Assembly (NCBI RefSeq): GCF_016026235.1
Contig: NZ_CP065613.1
Length of the DNA stretch: 64,000 bases
Source of the DNA: Escherichia coli
GTDB taxonomy: Bacteria > Pseudomonadota > Gammaproteobacteria > Enterobacterales > Enterobacteriaceae
Reading direction: 5' to 3' (one strand)
Made by a program: the position numbers and the translations under genes. Under the pieces are notes generated by a model. That model did not search any database, was not told the DNA's origin, and saw only the letters and a program-made list of their open reading frames with translations. Each line of letters begins with the position of its first letter. Positions within the stretch are counted from its first letter, which is position 1. This document shows, piece after piece, positions 50,726-60,775 of the stretch.

Positions 50726-51831
50726 CGCGCCAACTTAAGTGCAGTCTTCGGTACACAGCTACAGCAAAGAATGGTGCCATCATCGCCCATTGCTGATTTT
50801 TTCAGCGGCGTGACTTCGCCTTCTAAAAGCTGAACACGGCAACTTCCACAAATGCCCGCGCGGCAAGAATAAGGGATACGAATTCCCTGATTTTCTAATT
50901 GCTCCAGCAACACTTGTTGGTTATTTCCACGAAATGCCTGTCCCTGCCAGTCAATATCTACATTTGCGTCCGGTTGTTGCGTGATGTTGGCGGTATCATC
51001 AGCGGCAGCTGCGCCGTAAATTTTTGCCGGAGCCGTTGCCAGAATTTCCACCTCATCGCCAACGCGAATCACGCCGCTATTACGGGCAATTAAATTCTGA
51101 CCAAAATCGACATCGCCGTTATCCTGGGCAGTGCGGAAAGATTGCAATGTTTTTAATGGTTCGCCTGCCGGATGTTTTTGCCCTTTTTCTGGGCTGACGG
51201 TGGTGAAAATACAGCGGCTACAAGGTTTAACCACATCAAACACCACATCACCAATGCGAATCACTTTCCAGCGATCTTCTTCCCAGGCTGACGCGCCGGA
51301 AACCACCAGATTGGGGCGGAATTGCTCCATTTTTACACTGGCCGGACAACGTTGTTGGAGATCACGTAACGAGGCTTCGTTAGCAAGAAGGTAAGGATAG
51401 CCATCAGCAAATGACAGAGGTACAGTGTTGTGGCGTTTCACGCGCCGGGTCATTTGTGGCCCCACCCAGCGTAATTGCACTTCGCGGGAGAAAAATCCAC
51501 TTAGCCATTTGTTGATCGCGTCTGGCGCAATTCGCGCGGTAAAATGTGTGCCCCAAACTTCGGTTGGTGCGTCTTGTGTGGCGAAATCAGCAAAACGAAC
51601 ATATGCGCTACTGCCATCTGGTGCGGTGAGATGCAAGCCATCATGCACAGGTGAAGGAGTAAACCGTACCATCTGGGGAAACTGGCGAGCGGTAATAAAC
51701 GTACCGTCAGGTTCCGTGATCATAAAGATGCGATCGAAGGCCAGACCACTGACATCAGCCAGAGCATGTGTCAGACCAATGCCGCGCATCGATTTAACAG
51801 GATGAATAAAAAGCCGGGTTAATGTCGCCAC
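50722..51831 (-). CDS. ycbX: MOSC-domain protein with C-terminal 2Fe-2S ferredoxin domain
   Basis: 369-aa ORF; C-terminal cysteine cluster CRAGICGSC; 4-nt convergent overlap with zapC. Confidence 0.88.
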   Translation of the reverse strand: MATLTRLFIHPVKSMRGIGLTHALADVSGLAFDRIFMITEPDGTFITARQFPQMVRFTPSPVHDGLHLTAPDGSSAYVRFADFATQDAPTEVWGTHFTARIAPDAINKWLSGFFSREVQLRWVGPQMTRRVKRHNTVPLSFADGYPYLLANEASLRDLQQRCPASVKMEQFRPNLVVSGASAWEEDRWKVIRIGDVVFDVVKPCSRCIFTTVSPEKGQKHPAGEPLKTLQSFRTAQDNGDVDFGQNLIARNSGVIRVGDEVEILATAPAKIYGAAAADDTANITQQPDANVDIDWQGQAFRGNNQQVLLEQLENQGIRIPYSCRAGICGSCRVQLLEGEVTPLKKSAMGDDGTILCCSCVPKTALKLAR

Positions 51832-52074
51832 GGTGCGGTCCTCAAATGAAAATAAGCCCTCAACTTTATGACATGACGCGCTTATTAGCTATAATGCGCA
51901 ACAATTTTCTTAGCGCCTGTCCCGTTAGGCTATTTTATTTGTCAGTTTGGCCCTGGGTTGTGCTCGAAATCCTCACGTACTTGTGTACGCTCCGGTTTCT
52001 CCGCGCTCTCCATGTCCAGACTGACTGCAACAATTACGCCTACTGCGGTAGGCTCTTAGAGTAAAAGTGACGAT

Positions 52075-54183
52075 ATGAATTCTCTGTTTGCCAGTACGGC
52101 CCGTGGGCTGGAAGAGCTGTTAAAAACTGAACTGGAAAACCTGGGGGCCGTTGAATGCCAGGTGGTTCAGGGTGGGGTCCATTTCAAGGGCGACACACGG
52201 CTTGTTTACCAGAGCCTGATGTGGAGCCGCCTGGCCTCGCGTATTATGTTGCCGCTGGGCGAGTGTAAGGTTTATAGCGATTTAGACCTCTATCTCGGTG
52301 TTCAGGCGATCAACTGGACAGAGATGTTTAATCCTGGCGCGACCTTCGCTGTCCACTTCAGTGGTTTGAATGACACCATCCGCAACAGTCAGTACGGCGC
52401 GATGAAAGTGAAAGACGCGATCGTCGATGCTTTCACGCGGAAAAATCTGCCGCGTCCAAATGTTGATCGCGATGCGCCGGATATCCGCGTTAACGTCTGG
52501 CTGCATAAAGAAACCGCCAGTATCGCCCTTGATCTCAGTGGTGATGGTTTACATCTGCGTGGCTATCGCGATCGTGCTGGTATTGCGCCGATCAAAGAAA
52601 CCCTGGCAGCCGCTATTGTGATGCGATCCGGCTGGCAGCCAGGAACACCGCTGCTCGATCCGATGTGTGGTTCCGGTACGTTGCTGATTGAAGCGGCGAT
52701 GCTGGCGACCGATCGCGCACCAGGCTTGCACCGTGGGCGTTGGGGCTTTAGCGGCTGGGCGCAGCATGATGAAGCTATCTGGCAGGAAGTGAAAGCGGAA
52801 GCGCAAACTCGTGCTCGTAAAGGCCTGGCTGAGTATAGCTCTCATTTTTACGGTTCGGACAGCGACGCACGGGTGATTCAACGTGCACGCACTAACGCCC
52901 GTCTTGCGGGGATTGGTGAACTGATCACCTTTGAGGTGAAAGATGTCGCGCAACTGACCAATCCGCTGCCGAAAGGGCCGTACGGCACAGTGTTGAGCAA
53001 CCCGCCATACGGGGAACGTCTGGACAGCGAACCGGCGCTGATTGCGCTGCATAGCCTGCTGGGTCGGATCATGAAAAACCAGTTTGGTGGCTGGAATCTC
53101 TCTTTGTTTAGTGCCTCGCCGGATCTGCTAAGCTGCTTGCAGCTGCGTGCAGACAAACAGTACAAGGCGAAAAACGGCCCGCTGGACTGCGTACAGAAAA
53201 ATTACCACGTTGCCGAAAGCACTCCAGACAGCAAACCGGCGATGGTAGCGGAAGACTACGCCAACCGCCTGCGTAAGAACCTCAAAAAATTCGAGAAGTG
53301 GGCTCGCCAGGAAGGAATTGAATGTTACCGCCTGTATGACGCCGATCTACCGGAATATAACGTTGCCGTTGACCGTTATGCCGACTGGGTGGTGGTGCAG
53401 GAGTATGCGCCGCCAAAAACTATTGATGCTCACAAAGCGCGTCAGCGTCTGTTCGATATTATCGCTGCAACCATTTCGGTACTGGGGATTGCGCCAAACA
53501 AACTGGTGCTGAAAACCCGTGAACGCCAGAAGGGCAAAAACCAGTACCAGAAACTGGGCGAGAAGGGCGAGTTTCTTGAAGTTACCGAATATAACGCTCA
53601 CTTGTGGGTGAACCTGACGGATTATCTCGATACTGGTCTGTTCCTCGATCACCGTATCGCCCGCCGTATGCTCGGTCAGATGAGCAAAGGCAAAGATTTC
53701 CTCAACCTGTTCTCTTATACCGGTAGCGCCACCGTGCATGCGGGATTAGGCGGCGCGCGCAGCACCACCACCGTGGATATGTCGCGTACTTATCTGGAGT
53801 GGGCAGAACGCAACCTGCGTCTGAATGGCCTAACCGGGCGTGCGCATCGCCTGATTCAGGCCGATTGCCTGGCGTGGCTGCGTGAGGCAAATGAACAGTT
53901 TGATCTGATCTTTATCGATCCGCCAACCTTCTCTAACTCAAAACGAATGGAAGATGCGTTTGATGTTCAGCGCGATCATCTGGCGCTGATGAAAGATTTG
54001 AAACGTCTGCTGCGTGCAGGTGGGACGATCATGTTCTCGAACAACAAACGTGGCTTCCGTATGGATCTCGACGGCCTGGCAAAACTGGGACTGAAAGCAC
54101 AAGAAATTACGCAAAAAACGCTCTCCCAGGATTTCGCCCGTAACCGCCAGATCCACAACTGCTGGCTGATTACCGCAGCCTGA
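52075..54183 (+). CDS. rlmL: bifunctional 23S rRNA m2G2445/m7G2069 methyltransferase
   Basis: 702-aa [28 protein letters not shown]; SAM-binding motifs. Confidence 0.93.
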   Translation: MNSLFASTARGLEELLKTELENLGAVECQVVQGGVHFKGDTRLVYQSLMWSRLASRIMLPLGECKVYSDLDLYLGVQAINWTEMFNPGATFAVHFSGLNDTIRNSQYGAMKVKDAIVDAFTRKNLPRPNVDRDAPDIRVNVWLHKETASIALDLSGDGLHLRGYRDRAGIAPIKETLAAAIVMRSGWQPGTPLLDPMCGSGTLLIEAAMLATDRAPGLHRGRWGFSGWAQHDEAIWQEVKAEAQTRARKGLAEYSSHFYGSDSDARVIQRARTNARLAGIGELITFEVKDVAQLTNPLPKGPYGTVLSNPPYGERLDSEPALIALHSLLGRIMKNQFGGWNLSLFSASPDLLSCLQLRADKQYKAKNGPLDCVQKNYHVAESTPDSKPAMVAEDYANRLRKNLKKFEKWARQEGIECYRLYDADLPEYNVAVDRYADWVVVQEYAPPKTIDAHKARQRLFDIIAATISVLGIAPNKLVLKTRERQKGKNQYQKLGEKGEFLEVTEYNAHLWVNLTDYLDTGLFLDHRIARRMLGQMSKGKDFLNLFSYTGSATVHAGLGGARSTTTVDMSRTYLEWAERNLRLNGLTGRAHRLIQADCLAWLREANEQFDLIFIDPPTFSNSKRMEDAFDVQRDHLALMKDLKRLLRAGGTIMFSNNKRGFRMDLDGLAKLGLKAQEITQKTLSQDFARNRQIHNCWLITAA

Positions 54184-54194
54184 AAGGAATAGTA

Positions 54195-56102
54195 ATGTCA
54201 TTAATCAGTATGCATGGCGCATGGCTGTCGTTCAGCGACGCGCCGCTTCTCGATAACGCAGAACTGCATATCGAAGATAACGAACGTGTTTGTCTGGTGG
54301 GCCGCAACGGCGCAGGCAAATCGACGTTAATGAAAATCCTCAACCGTGAACAAGGGCTGGATGACGGTCGCATTATTTACGAGCAGGATTTGATTGTAGC
54401 GCGTCTGCAACAGGATCCGCCGCGTAACGTTGAGGGTAGTGTTTATGATTTCGTTGCCGAAGGCATTGAAGAACAAGCGGAATACCTGAAACGCTATCAC
54501 GATATTTCGCGCCTGGTGATGAACGACCCGAGCGAGAAAAATCTCAACGAACTGGCAAAGGTTCAGGAACAGCTGGATCACCACAACCTGTGGCAGCTGG
54601 AAAACCGCATCAACGAAGTGCTGGCGCAACTGGGGTTAGATCCTAACGTTGCGCTGTCGTCGCTTTCCGGCGGCTGGTTGCGTAAAGCTGCATTAGGACG
54701 CGCGCTGGTGAGCAATCCGCGCGTATTGCTGCTCGACGAACCGACTAACCACCTGGATATCGAAACCATCGACTGGCTGGAAGGGTTCCTCAAAACCTTC
54801 AATGGGACGATTATTTTCATCTCCCACGACCGTTCGTTTATCCGCAATATGGCGACGCGTATTGTTGATCTCGATCGCGGCAAGCTGGTGACCTATCCCG
54901 GCAACTACGATCAGTACCTGCTGGAAAAAGAAGAAGCCCTGCGCGTGGAAGAACTACAAAATGCCGAGTTCGATCGCAAACTGGCGCAGGAAGAGGTGTG
55001 GATCCGCCAGGGGATCAAAGCACGCCGTACCCGTAATGAAGGCCGCGTACGCGCCCTGAAAGCAATGCGTCGCGAGCGTGGTGAACGTCGCGAAGTGATG
55101 GGTACCGCAAAGATGCAGGTGGAAGAGGCCAGCCGCTCCGGTAAGATCGTTTTCGAAATGGAAGACGTTTGCTACCAGGTTGACGGTAAGCAACTGGTGA
55201 AAGATTTTTCGGCCCAGGTTCTACGTGGCGACAAAATTGCCCTGATTGGTCCGAATGGGTGCGGCAAAACCACGCTGCTGAAACTGATGCTCGGTCAGCT
55301 TCAAGCGGACAGCGGGCGTATTCACGTTGGCACCAAACTGGAAGTGGCTTATTTCGATCAGCACCGCGCGGAACTGGATCCCGATAAAACGGTGATGGAT
55401 AACCTTGCCGAAGGTAAGCAAGAGGTGATGGTTAACGGCAAGCCACGCCACGTATTGGGCTATTTGCAGGACTTTCTGTTCCATCCGAAACGGGCGATGA
55501 CGCCGGTACGTGCGCTTTCTGGCGGTGAGCGGAACCGCTTGCTGCTGGCGCGTTTGTTCCTCAAACCAAGCAACTTATTGATTCTTGACGAACCGACCAA
55601 CGATCTTGATGTCGAAACGCTGGAACTGCTGGAAGAACTGATCGACAGCTATCAGGGCACGGTATTGCTGGTTAGCCACGATCGTCAGTTTGTCGATAAC
55701 ACCGTTACAGAATGTTGGATCTTCGAAGGCGGCGGTAAAATTGGTCGTTATGTCGGCGGTTATCATGATGCCCGTGGTCAGCAAGAGCAGTATGTGGCGC
55801 TCAAACAGCCTGCGGTGAAAAAAACCGAAGAAGCCGCCGCGGCAAAAGCAGAAACTGTAAAACGCAGCAGTAGCAAACTAAGCTATAAATTGCAGCGCGA
55901 ACTGGAGCAGCTACCGCAATTGCTCGAAGATCTGGAGGCGAAGCTGGAAGCCCTACAGACGCAGGTGGCGGATGCTTCCTTCTTCAGTCAGCCACATGAG
56001 CAGACACAAAAAGTGCTCGCCGATATGGCTGCTGCAGAGCAGGAGCTGGAGCAAGCCTTTGAACGCTGGGAGTATCTTGAAGCGTTAAAAAATGGTGGCT
56101 GA
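54195..56102 (+). CDS. uup: ABC-F family ATPase
   Basis: 635-aa ORF with two ABC cassettes (GRNGAGKST and GPNGCGKTT). Confidence 0.94.
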   Translation: MSLISMHGAWLSFSDAPLLDNAELHIEDNERVCLVGRNGAGKSTLMKILNREQGLDDGRIIYEQDLIVARLQQDPPRNVEGSVYDFVAEGIEEQAEYLKRYHDISRLVMNDPSEKNLNELAKVQEQLDHHNLWQLENRINEVLAQLGLDPNVALSSLSGGWLRKAALGRALVSNPRVLLLDEPTNHLDIETIDWLEGFLKTFNGTIIFISHDRSFIRNMATRIVDLDRGKLVTYPGNYDQYLLEKEEALRVEELQNAEFDRKLAQEEVWIRQGIKARRTRNEGRVRALKAMRRERGERREVMGTAKMQVEEASRSGKIVFEMEDVCYQVDGKQLVKDFSAQVLRGDKIALIGPNGCGKTTLLKLMLGQLQADSGRIHVGTKLEVAYFDQHRAELDPDKTVMDNLAEGKQEVMVNGKPRHVLGYLQDFLFHPKRAMTPVRALSGGERNRLLLARLFLKPSNLLILDEPTNDLDVETLELLEELIDSYQGTVLLVSHDRQFVDNTVTECWIFEGGGKIGRYVGGYHDARGQQEQYVALKQPAVKKTEEAAAAKAETVKRSSSKLSYKLQRELEQLPQLLEDLEAKLEALQTQVADASFFSQPHEQTQKVLADMAAAEQELEQAFERWEYLEALKNGG

Positions 56103-56231
56103 TCGCAAAATAGTCGATTTAAACAGAGACAGCTGACAACGGTAAAATTGCCTGATGAACTGGGTTTATCAGGCATGAAAACCAACACTTTGTTAGTCAT
56201 CTGTAAAATAGCGCATCATTAAGGAGTACCA

Positions 56232-57485
56232 ATGTGCGAACATCATCATGCCGCGAAGCACATCCTGTGCTCGCAGTGTGACATGCTGGTGGCGTTACCG
56301 CGCCTTGAGCATGGTCAGAAAGCGGCATGTCCCCGGTGTGGCACAACGTTAACCGTGGCGTGGGATGCCCCTCGGCAGCGTCCGACCGCCTATGCGTTGG
56401 CTGCACTGTTCATGCTGTTGCTGTCCAACTTGTTTCCTTTTGTGAATATGAACGTTGCAGGAGTTACCAGTGAAATTACATTACTGGAAATTCCCGGCGT
56501 GCTTTTTTCTGAGGACTACGCCAGCCTCGGCACCTTTTTCCTGTTGTTTGTGCAACTGGTTCCCGCGTTTTGTCTGATAACCATTCTGTTACTGGTGAAT
56601 CGCGCGGAATTACCGGTCCGTTTAAAAGAGCAACTGGCACGGGTGCTTTTTCAACTCAAAACCTGGGGAATGGCGGAGATTTTCCTCGCGGGTGTGCTGG
56701 TCAGTTTCGTTAAACTGATGGCTTACGGCAGCATTGGGGTAGGCAGCAGCTTTCTCCCCTGGTGTTTATTTTGTGTCCTGCAACTGCGCGCTTTTCAGTG
56801 CGTTGATCGTCGCTGGTTATGGGACGACATCGCCCCGATGCCAGAACTGCGCCAGCCGCTAAAACCAGGCGTCACGGGGATACGTCAGGGGCTGCGTTCG
56901 TGCTCCTGTTGTACGGCAATCCTTCCTGCTGATGAACCCGTGTGCCCGCGTTGTAGTACCAAAGGGTACGTTCGGCGTAGAAACAGCCTGCAGTGGACAC
57001 TTGCGCTGCTTGTAACGTCCATCATGCTGTATCTTCCGGCTAATATTTTGCCCATCATGGTGACGGATTTATTAGGCTCGAAGATGCCGTCGACGATTCT
57101 CGCTGGGGTCATTCTGTTATGGAGCGAAGGCTCTTATCCCGTCGCTGCGGTGATCTTTCTGGCCAGTATTATGGTGCCAACGTTAAAGATGATCGCCATC
57201 GCGTGGCTGTGTTGGGATGCCAAAGGGCATGGCAAGCGCGACAGTGAAAGAATGCATTTGATTTATGAAGTTGTTGAGTTTGTAGGCCGCTGGTCGATGA
57301 TTGACGTTTTCGTTATCGCGGTGCTCTCGGCGCTGGTGCGTATGGGAGGTTTAATGAGTATTTATCCGGCAATGGGTGCATTAATGTTTGCTTTAGTCGT
57401 CATAATGACAATGTTTTCTGCTATGACGTTTGACCCGCGTTTGTCGTGGGATCGTCAACCTGAATCAGAGCATGAGGAGTCCTGA
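56232..57485 (+). CDS. pqiA: paraquat-inducible inner membrane protein A
   Basis: 417-aa ORF MCEHHHAAKHILCSQCDMLVALPRLEHGQKAACPRCG. Confidence 0.9.
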   Translation: MCEHHHAAKHILCSQCDMLVALPRLEHGQKAACPRCGTTLTVAWDAPRQRPTAYALAALFMLLLSNLFPFVNMNVAGVTSEITLLEIPGVLFSEDYASLGTFFLLFVQLVPAFCLITILLLVNRAELPVRLKEQLARVLFQLKTWGMAEIFLAGVLVSFVKLMAYGSIGVGSSFLPWCLFCVLQLRAFQCVDRRWLWDDIAPMPELRQPLKPGVTGIRQGLRSCSCCTAILPADEPVCPRCSTKGYVRRRNSLQWTLALLVTSIMLYLPANILPIMVTDLLGSKMPSTILAGVILLWSEGSYPVAAVIFLASIMVPTLKMIAIAWLCWDAKGHGKRDSERMHLIYEVVEFVGRWSMIDVFVIAVLSALVRMGGLMSIYPAMGALMFALVVIMTMFSAMTFDPRLSWDRQPESEHEES

Positions 57486-57489
57486 CAGT

Positions 57490-59130
57490 ATGGAATCTAA
57501 TAATGGGGAAGCCAAAATCCAGAAAGTGAAGAACTGGTCTCCCGTGTGGATATTTCCTATCGTCACGGCGCTCATTGGGGCCTGGGTTCTTTTTTATCAT
57601 TACAGCCATCAGGGACCGGAAGTGACCCTGATCACCGCGAATGCGGAAGGAATTGAAGGTGGCAAAACCACCATTAAAAGCCGTAGCGTTGACGTCGGCG
57701 TGGTTGAAAGCGCCACACTCGCTGATGATTTGACACACGTTGAAATCAAAGCGCGGCTGAATTCCGGTATGGAAAAATTGCTGCATAAAGATACCGTCTT
57801 TTGGGTGGTGAAACCGCAGATTGGTCGAGAAGGGATTAGCGGTCTGGGAACCCTGCTGTCTGGGGTTTATATCGAACTGCAGCCAGGCGCGAAAGGCAGC
57901 AAAATGGATAAATACGATTTGCTGGACTCGCCACCGTTGGCCCCGCCTGATGCGAAAGGTATCCGTGTGATTCTCGATAGCAAAAAAGCCGGGCAGCTCT
58001 CGCCAGGAGATCCGGTGCTGTTCCGTGGCTATCGGGTAGGTTCGGTTGAAACCAGCACCTTCGATACGCAAAAACGCAATATCAGTTATCAACTGTTCAT
58101 CAATGCACCTTATGACCGACTGGTGACCAGCAATGTTCGCTTCTGGAAAGATAGTGGCATTGCGGTTGATCTGACGTCAGCGGGAATGCGTGTGGAGATG
58201 GGCTCATTGACAACGCTGCTGAGTGGCGGTGTCAGCTTTGATGTGCCGGAAGGTCTGGATTTAGGGCAGCCAGTGGCACCGAAAACAGCTTTCGTTTTGT
58301 ATGATGATCAGAAGAGCATTCAGGATTCGTTGTACACCGATCACATTGATTATCTGATGTTCTTTAAAGATTCGGTACGCGGTCTGCAACCGGGAGCTCC
58401 GGTAGAATTCCGGGGTATTCGCCTGGGTACCGTAAGCAAAGTGCCATTCTTTGCGCCGAATATGCGTCAGACATTTAACGATGATTACCGTATTCCGGTG
58501 CTGATTCGTATCGAGCCAGAGCGGCTGAAAATGCAGCTTGGCGAAAATGCGGATGTTGTTGAGCACCTTGGCGAATTGTTGAAACGTGGTTTACGCGGAT
58601 CGCTGAAAACCGGAAACCTGGTCACTGGCGCACTGTATGTTGATCTCGATTTCTATCCAAATACGCCTGCAATAACCGGTATTCGTGAATTTAATGGTTA
58701 TCAGATTATCCCGACCGTTAGCGGCGGCCTGGCGCAAATCCAGCAACGACTGATGGAAGCGTTGGATAAGATCAACAAACTGCCATTGAATCCGATGATT
58801 GAACAGGCAACCAGTACGCTTTCTGAAAGTCAGCGCACAATGAAAAACCTGCAAACGACGCTGGATAGCATGAACAAGATCCTCTCCAGCCAGTCGATGC
58901 AGCAGTTGCCGACGGATATGCAGTCAACGTTGCGTGAATTGAATCGCAGCATGCAGGGCTTCCAGCCTGGCTCCGCAGCCTACAACAAGATGGTGGCGGA
59001 TATGCAGCGCCTTGATCAGGTGTTGCGAGAACTGCAACCGGTGCTGAAAACGCTCAATGAGAAGAGTAACGCGCTGGTATTTGAAGCGAAGGACAAAAAA
59101 GATCCAGAGCCGAAGAGGGCGAAACAATGA
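57490..59130 (+). CDS. pqiB: MCE-domain intermembrane transport protein
   Basis: ORF 57430-59130; likely start MESNNGEAKIQKVKNWSPVWIFPIV. Confidence 0.9.
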   Translation: MESNNGEAKIQKVKNWSPVWIFPIVTALIGAWVLFYHYSHQGPEVTLITANAEGIEGGKTTIKSRSVDVGVVESATLADDLTHVEIKARLNSGMEKLLHKDTVFWVVKPQIGREGISGLGTLLSGVYIELQPGAKGSKMDKYDLLDSPPLAPPDAKGIRVILDSKKAGQLSPGDPVLFRGYRVGSVETSTFDTQKRNISYQLFINAPYDRLVTSNVRFWKDSGIAVDLTSAGMRVEMGSLTTLLSGGVSFDVPEGLDLGQPVAPKTAFVLYDDQKSIQDSLYTDHIDYLMFFKDSVRGLQPGAPVEFRGIRLGTVSKVPFFAPNMRQTFNDDYRIPVLIRIEPERLKMQLGENADVVEHLGELLKRGLRGSLKTGNLVTGALYVDLDFYPNTPAITGIREFNGYQIIPTVSGGLAQIQQRLMEALDKINKLPLNPMIEQATSTLSESQRTMKNLQTTLDSMNKILSSQSMQQLPTDMQSTLRELNRSMQGFQPGSAAYNKMVADMQRLDQVLRELQPVLKTLNEKSNALVFEAKDKKDPEPKRAKQ

Positions 59131-59690
59131 AAAAGTGGCTAGTGACGATTGCAGCACTGTGGCTGGCCGGATGCAGCTCCGGCGAAATTAATAAAAACTA
59201 TTACCAGTTACCGGTGGTGCAGAGCGGTACACAAAGTACCGCCAGCCAGGGTAATCGCCTGTTATGGGTAGAGCAGGTCACTGTTCCTGACTATCTGGCG
59301 GGGAATGGTGTGGTTTATCAAACCAGTGATGTGAAGTATGTGATTGCCAACAACAACTTGTGGGCCAGCCCGTTGGATCAACAGTTGCGCAACACCCTGG
59401 TTGCCAACCTGAGCACGCAACTGCCCGGCTGGGTGGTTGCCTCCCAGCCTCTGGGAAGCGCCCAGGACACGCTCAATGTTACCGTAACGGAGTTTAACGG
59501 TCGCTATGATGGCAAGGTCATTGTCAGTGGTGAGTGGCTGTTGAACCACCAGGGACAACTGATCAAACGTCCGTTCCGTCTGGAAGGAGTGCAAACTCAG
59601 GATGGTTACGATGAGATGGTTAAAGTGCTGGCCAGTGTCTGGAGTCAGGAAGCCGCTTCTATTGCACAAGAGATAAAGCGTCTACCTTAA
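59127..59690 (+). CDS. pqiC: lipoprotein PqiC (formerly ymbA)
   Basis: 187-aa ORF MKKWLVTIAALWLAGCSS (lipobox LAGC); ATGA overlap with pqiB. Confidence 0.9.
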   Translation: MKKWLVTIAALWLAGCSSGEINKNYYQLPVVQSGTQSTASQGNRLLWVEQVTVPDYLAGNGVVYQTSDVKYVIANNNLWASPLDQQLRNTLVANLSTQLPGWVVASQPLGSAQDTLNVTVTEFNGRYDGKVIVSGEWLLNHQGQLIKRPFRLEGVQTQDGYDEMVKVLASVWSQEAASIAQEIKRLP

Positions 59691-59945
59691 TTATAAAGAT
59701 TTGTAAATATAACCGTCTCCGGTATGTTGCCTGAGGCGGTTTTTTTGTTTCTAACGTGCGGAAAAAGTTGTTCCTCTTCACATTTTTTGTACAACCGACA
59801 TGCCCGTGTAGCTCACAAATATGACAGTGGCGTGAATTTTGCGCATTGACGGCAGTTATGATTCGGGGTATTGCTTAACTGTGATTGCACATTTAGTAAT
59901 CACTGTTTTCTTTTCCACCAGAAACCAGTATGAGGGAAACGAGGC

Positions 59946-60113
59946 ATGAAGAGACAAAAACGAGATCGCCTGGAACGGGCACATCAACGTGGTTATCAGG
60001 CCGGCATCGCCGGACGCTCAAAAGAAATGTGTCCCTATCAGACGCTGAATCAAAGGTCACAATGGCTGGGAGGCTGGCGAGAAGCCATGGCGGACAGGGT
60101 AGTAATGGCCTGA
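59946..60113 (+). CDS. rmf: ribosome modulation factor (55 aa)
   Basis: Not in the ORF track (below its length cutoff); read directly: ATG at 59946 encodes MKRQKRDRLERAHQRGYQAGIAGRSKEMCPYQTLNQRSQWLGGWREAMADRVVMA, stop at 60111-60113. Confidence 0.93.
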   Translation: MKRQKRDRLERAHQRGYQAGIAGRSKEMCPYQTLNQRSQWLGGWREAMADRVVMA

Positions 60114-60127
60114 TTCTGTCTCTTTAA

Positions 60128-60160
60128 AAAGAAACCTCCGCATTGCGGAGGTTTCGCCTT
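60128..60160. terminator. bidirectional terminator between convergent rmf and fabA
   Basis: aaacctccg-cattg-cggaggttt hairpin with T/A runs on both sides. Confidence 0.75.
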
Positions 60161-60182
60161 TTGATACTCTGTCTGATTATAA

Positions 60183-60701
60183 TCAGAAGGCAGACGTATC
60201 CTGGAACAGACCGACTTTCAGGTCGCTGGCGGTATAGATCAGACGACCATCAACCAGCACTTCGCCATCTGCCAGACCCATAATCAGACGACGATTAACA
60301 ATGCGTTTAAAGTGAATACGGTAGGTCACTTTTTTCGCTGTCGGCAGTACCTGACCAGTGAATTTCACTTCGCCAACGCCCAGCGCGCGGCCTTTACCTT
60401 CGCCGCCCAGCCAGCCGAGGTAGAACCCTACCAGCTGCCACATTGCGTCCAGGCCCAGGCATCCCGGCATAACCGGATCGCCAATAAAGTGGCATCCGAA
60501 GAACCACAGATCCGGATTGATATCCAGTTCTGCTTCAACATACCCTTTGTCGAAGTTACCACCCGTTTCGGTCATTTTGACCACACGGTCCATCATCAGC
60601 ATGTTCGGTGCTGGCAATTGCGGGCCTTTAGCGCCAAACAGTTCACCGCGACCAGAGGCAAGAAGGTCTTCTTTTGTATAGGATTCGCGTTTATCTACCA
60701 T
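60183..60701 (-). CDS. fabA: 3-hydroxydecanoyl-ACP dehydratase/isomerase
   Basis: Start [43 protein letters not shown] at 60701 (ORF track over-extends upstream to 60899). Confidence 0.95.
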
Positions 60702-60739
60702 GTTCTCTGTAAGCCTTATTTTATTGAAGCACGCAGGAT

Positions 60740-60775
60740 AGCTAACACGTGTACGCTGAACAAGTCCGATCAGTT
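60740..60775 (-). promoter_or_regulatory. fabA promoter operators: FabR-type palindrome (60740-60757) and FadR-type site (60759-60775)
   Basis: Minus strand reads AACTGATCGGACTTGTT (FadR-like) followed by AGCGTACACGTGTTAGCT (perfect palindrome, FabR-like) just upstream of fabA. Confidence 0.65.

Noticed and set aside
51822-52064. 80-aa plus-strand ORF in the ycbX-rlmL intergenic region
   Set aside because: Overlaps the ycbX start and the rlmL leader, no convincing RBS, cysteine/leucine-rich low-complexity translation; more likely non-coding promoter/leader DNA.
59930-60127. 65-aa ORF from the track
   Set aside because: Out of frame with, and superseded by, the genuine 55-aa rmf ORF at 59946-60113.
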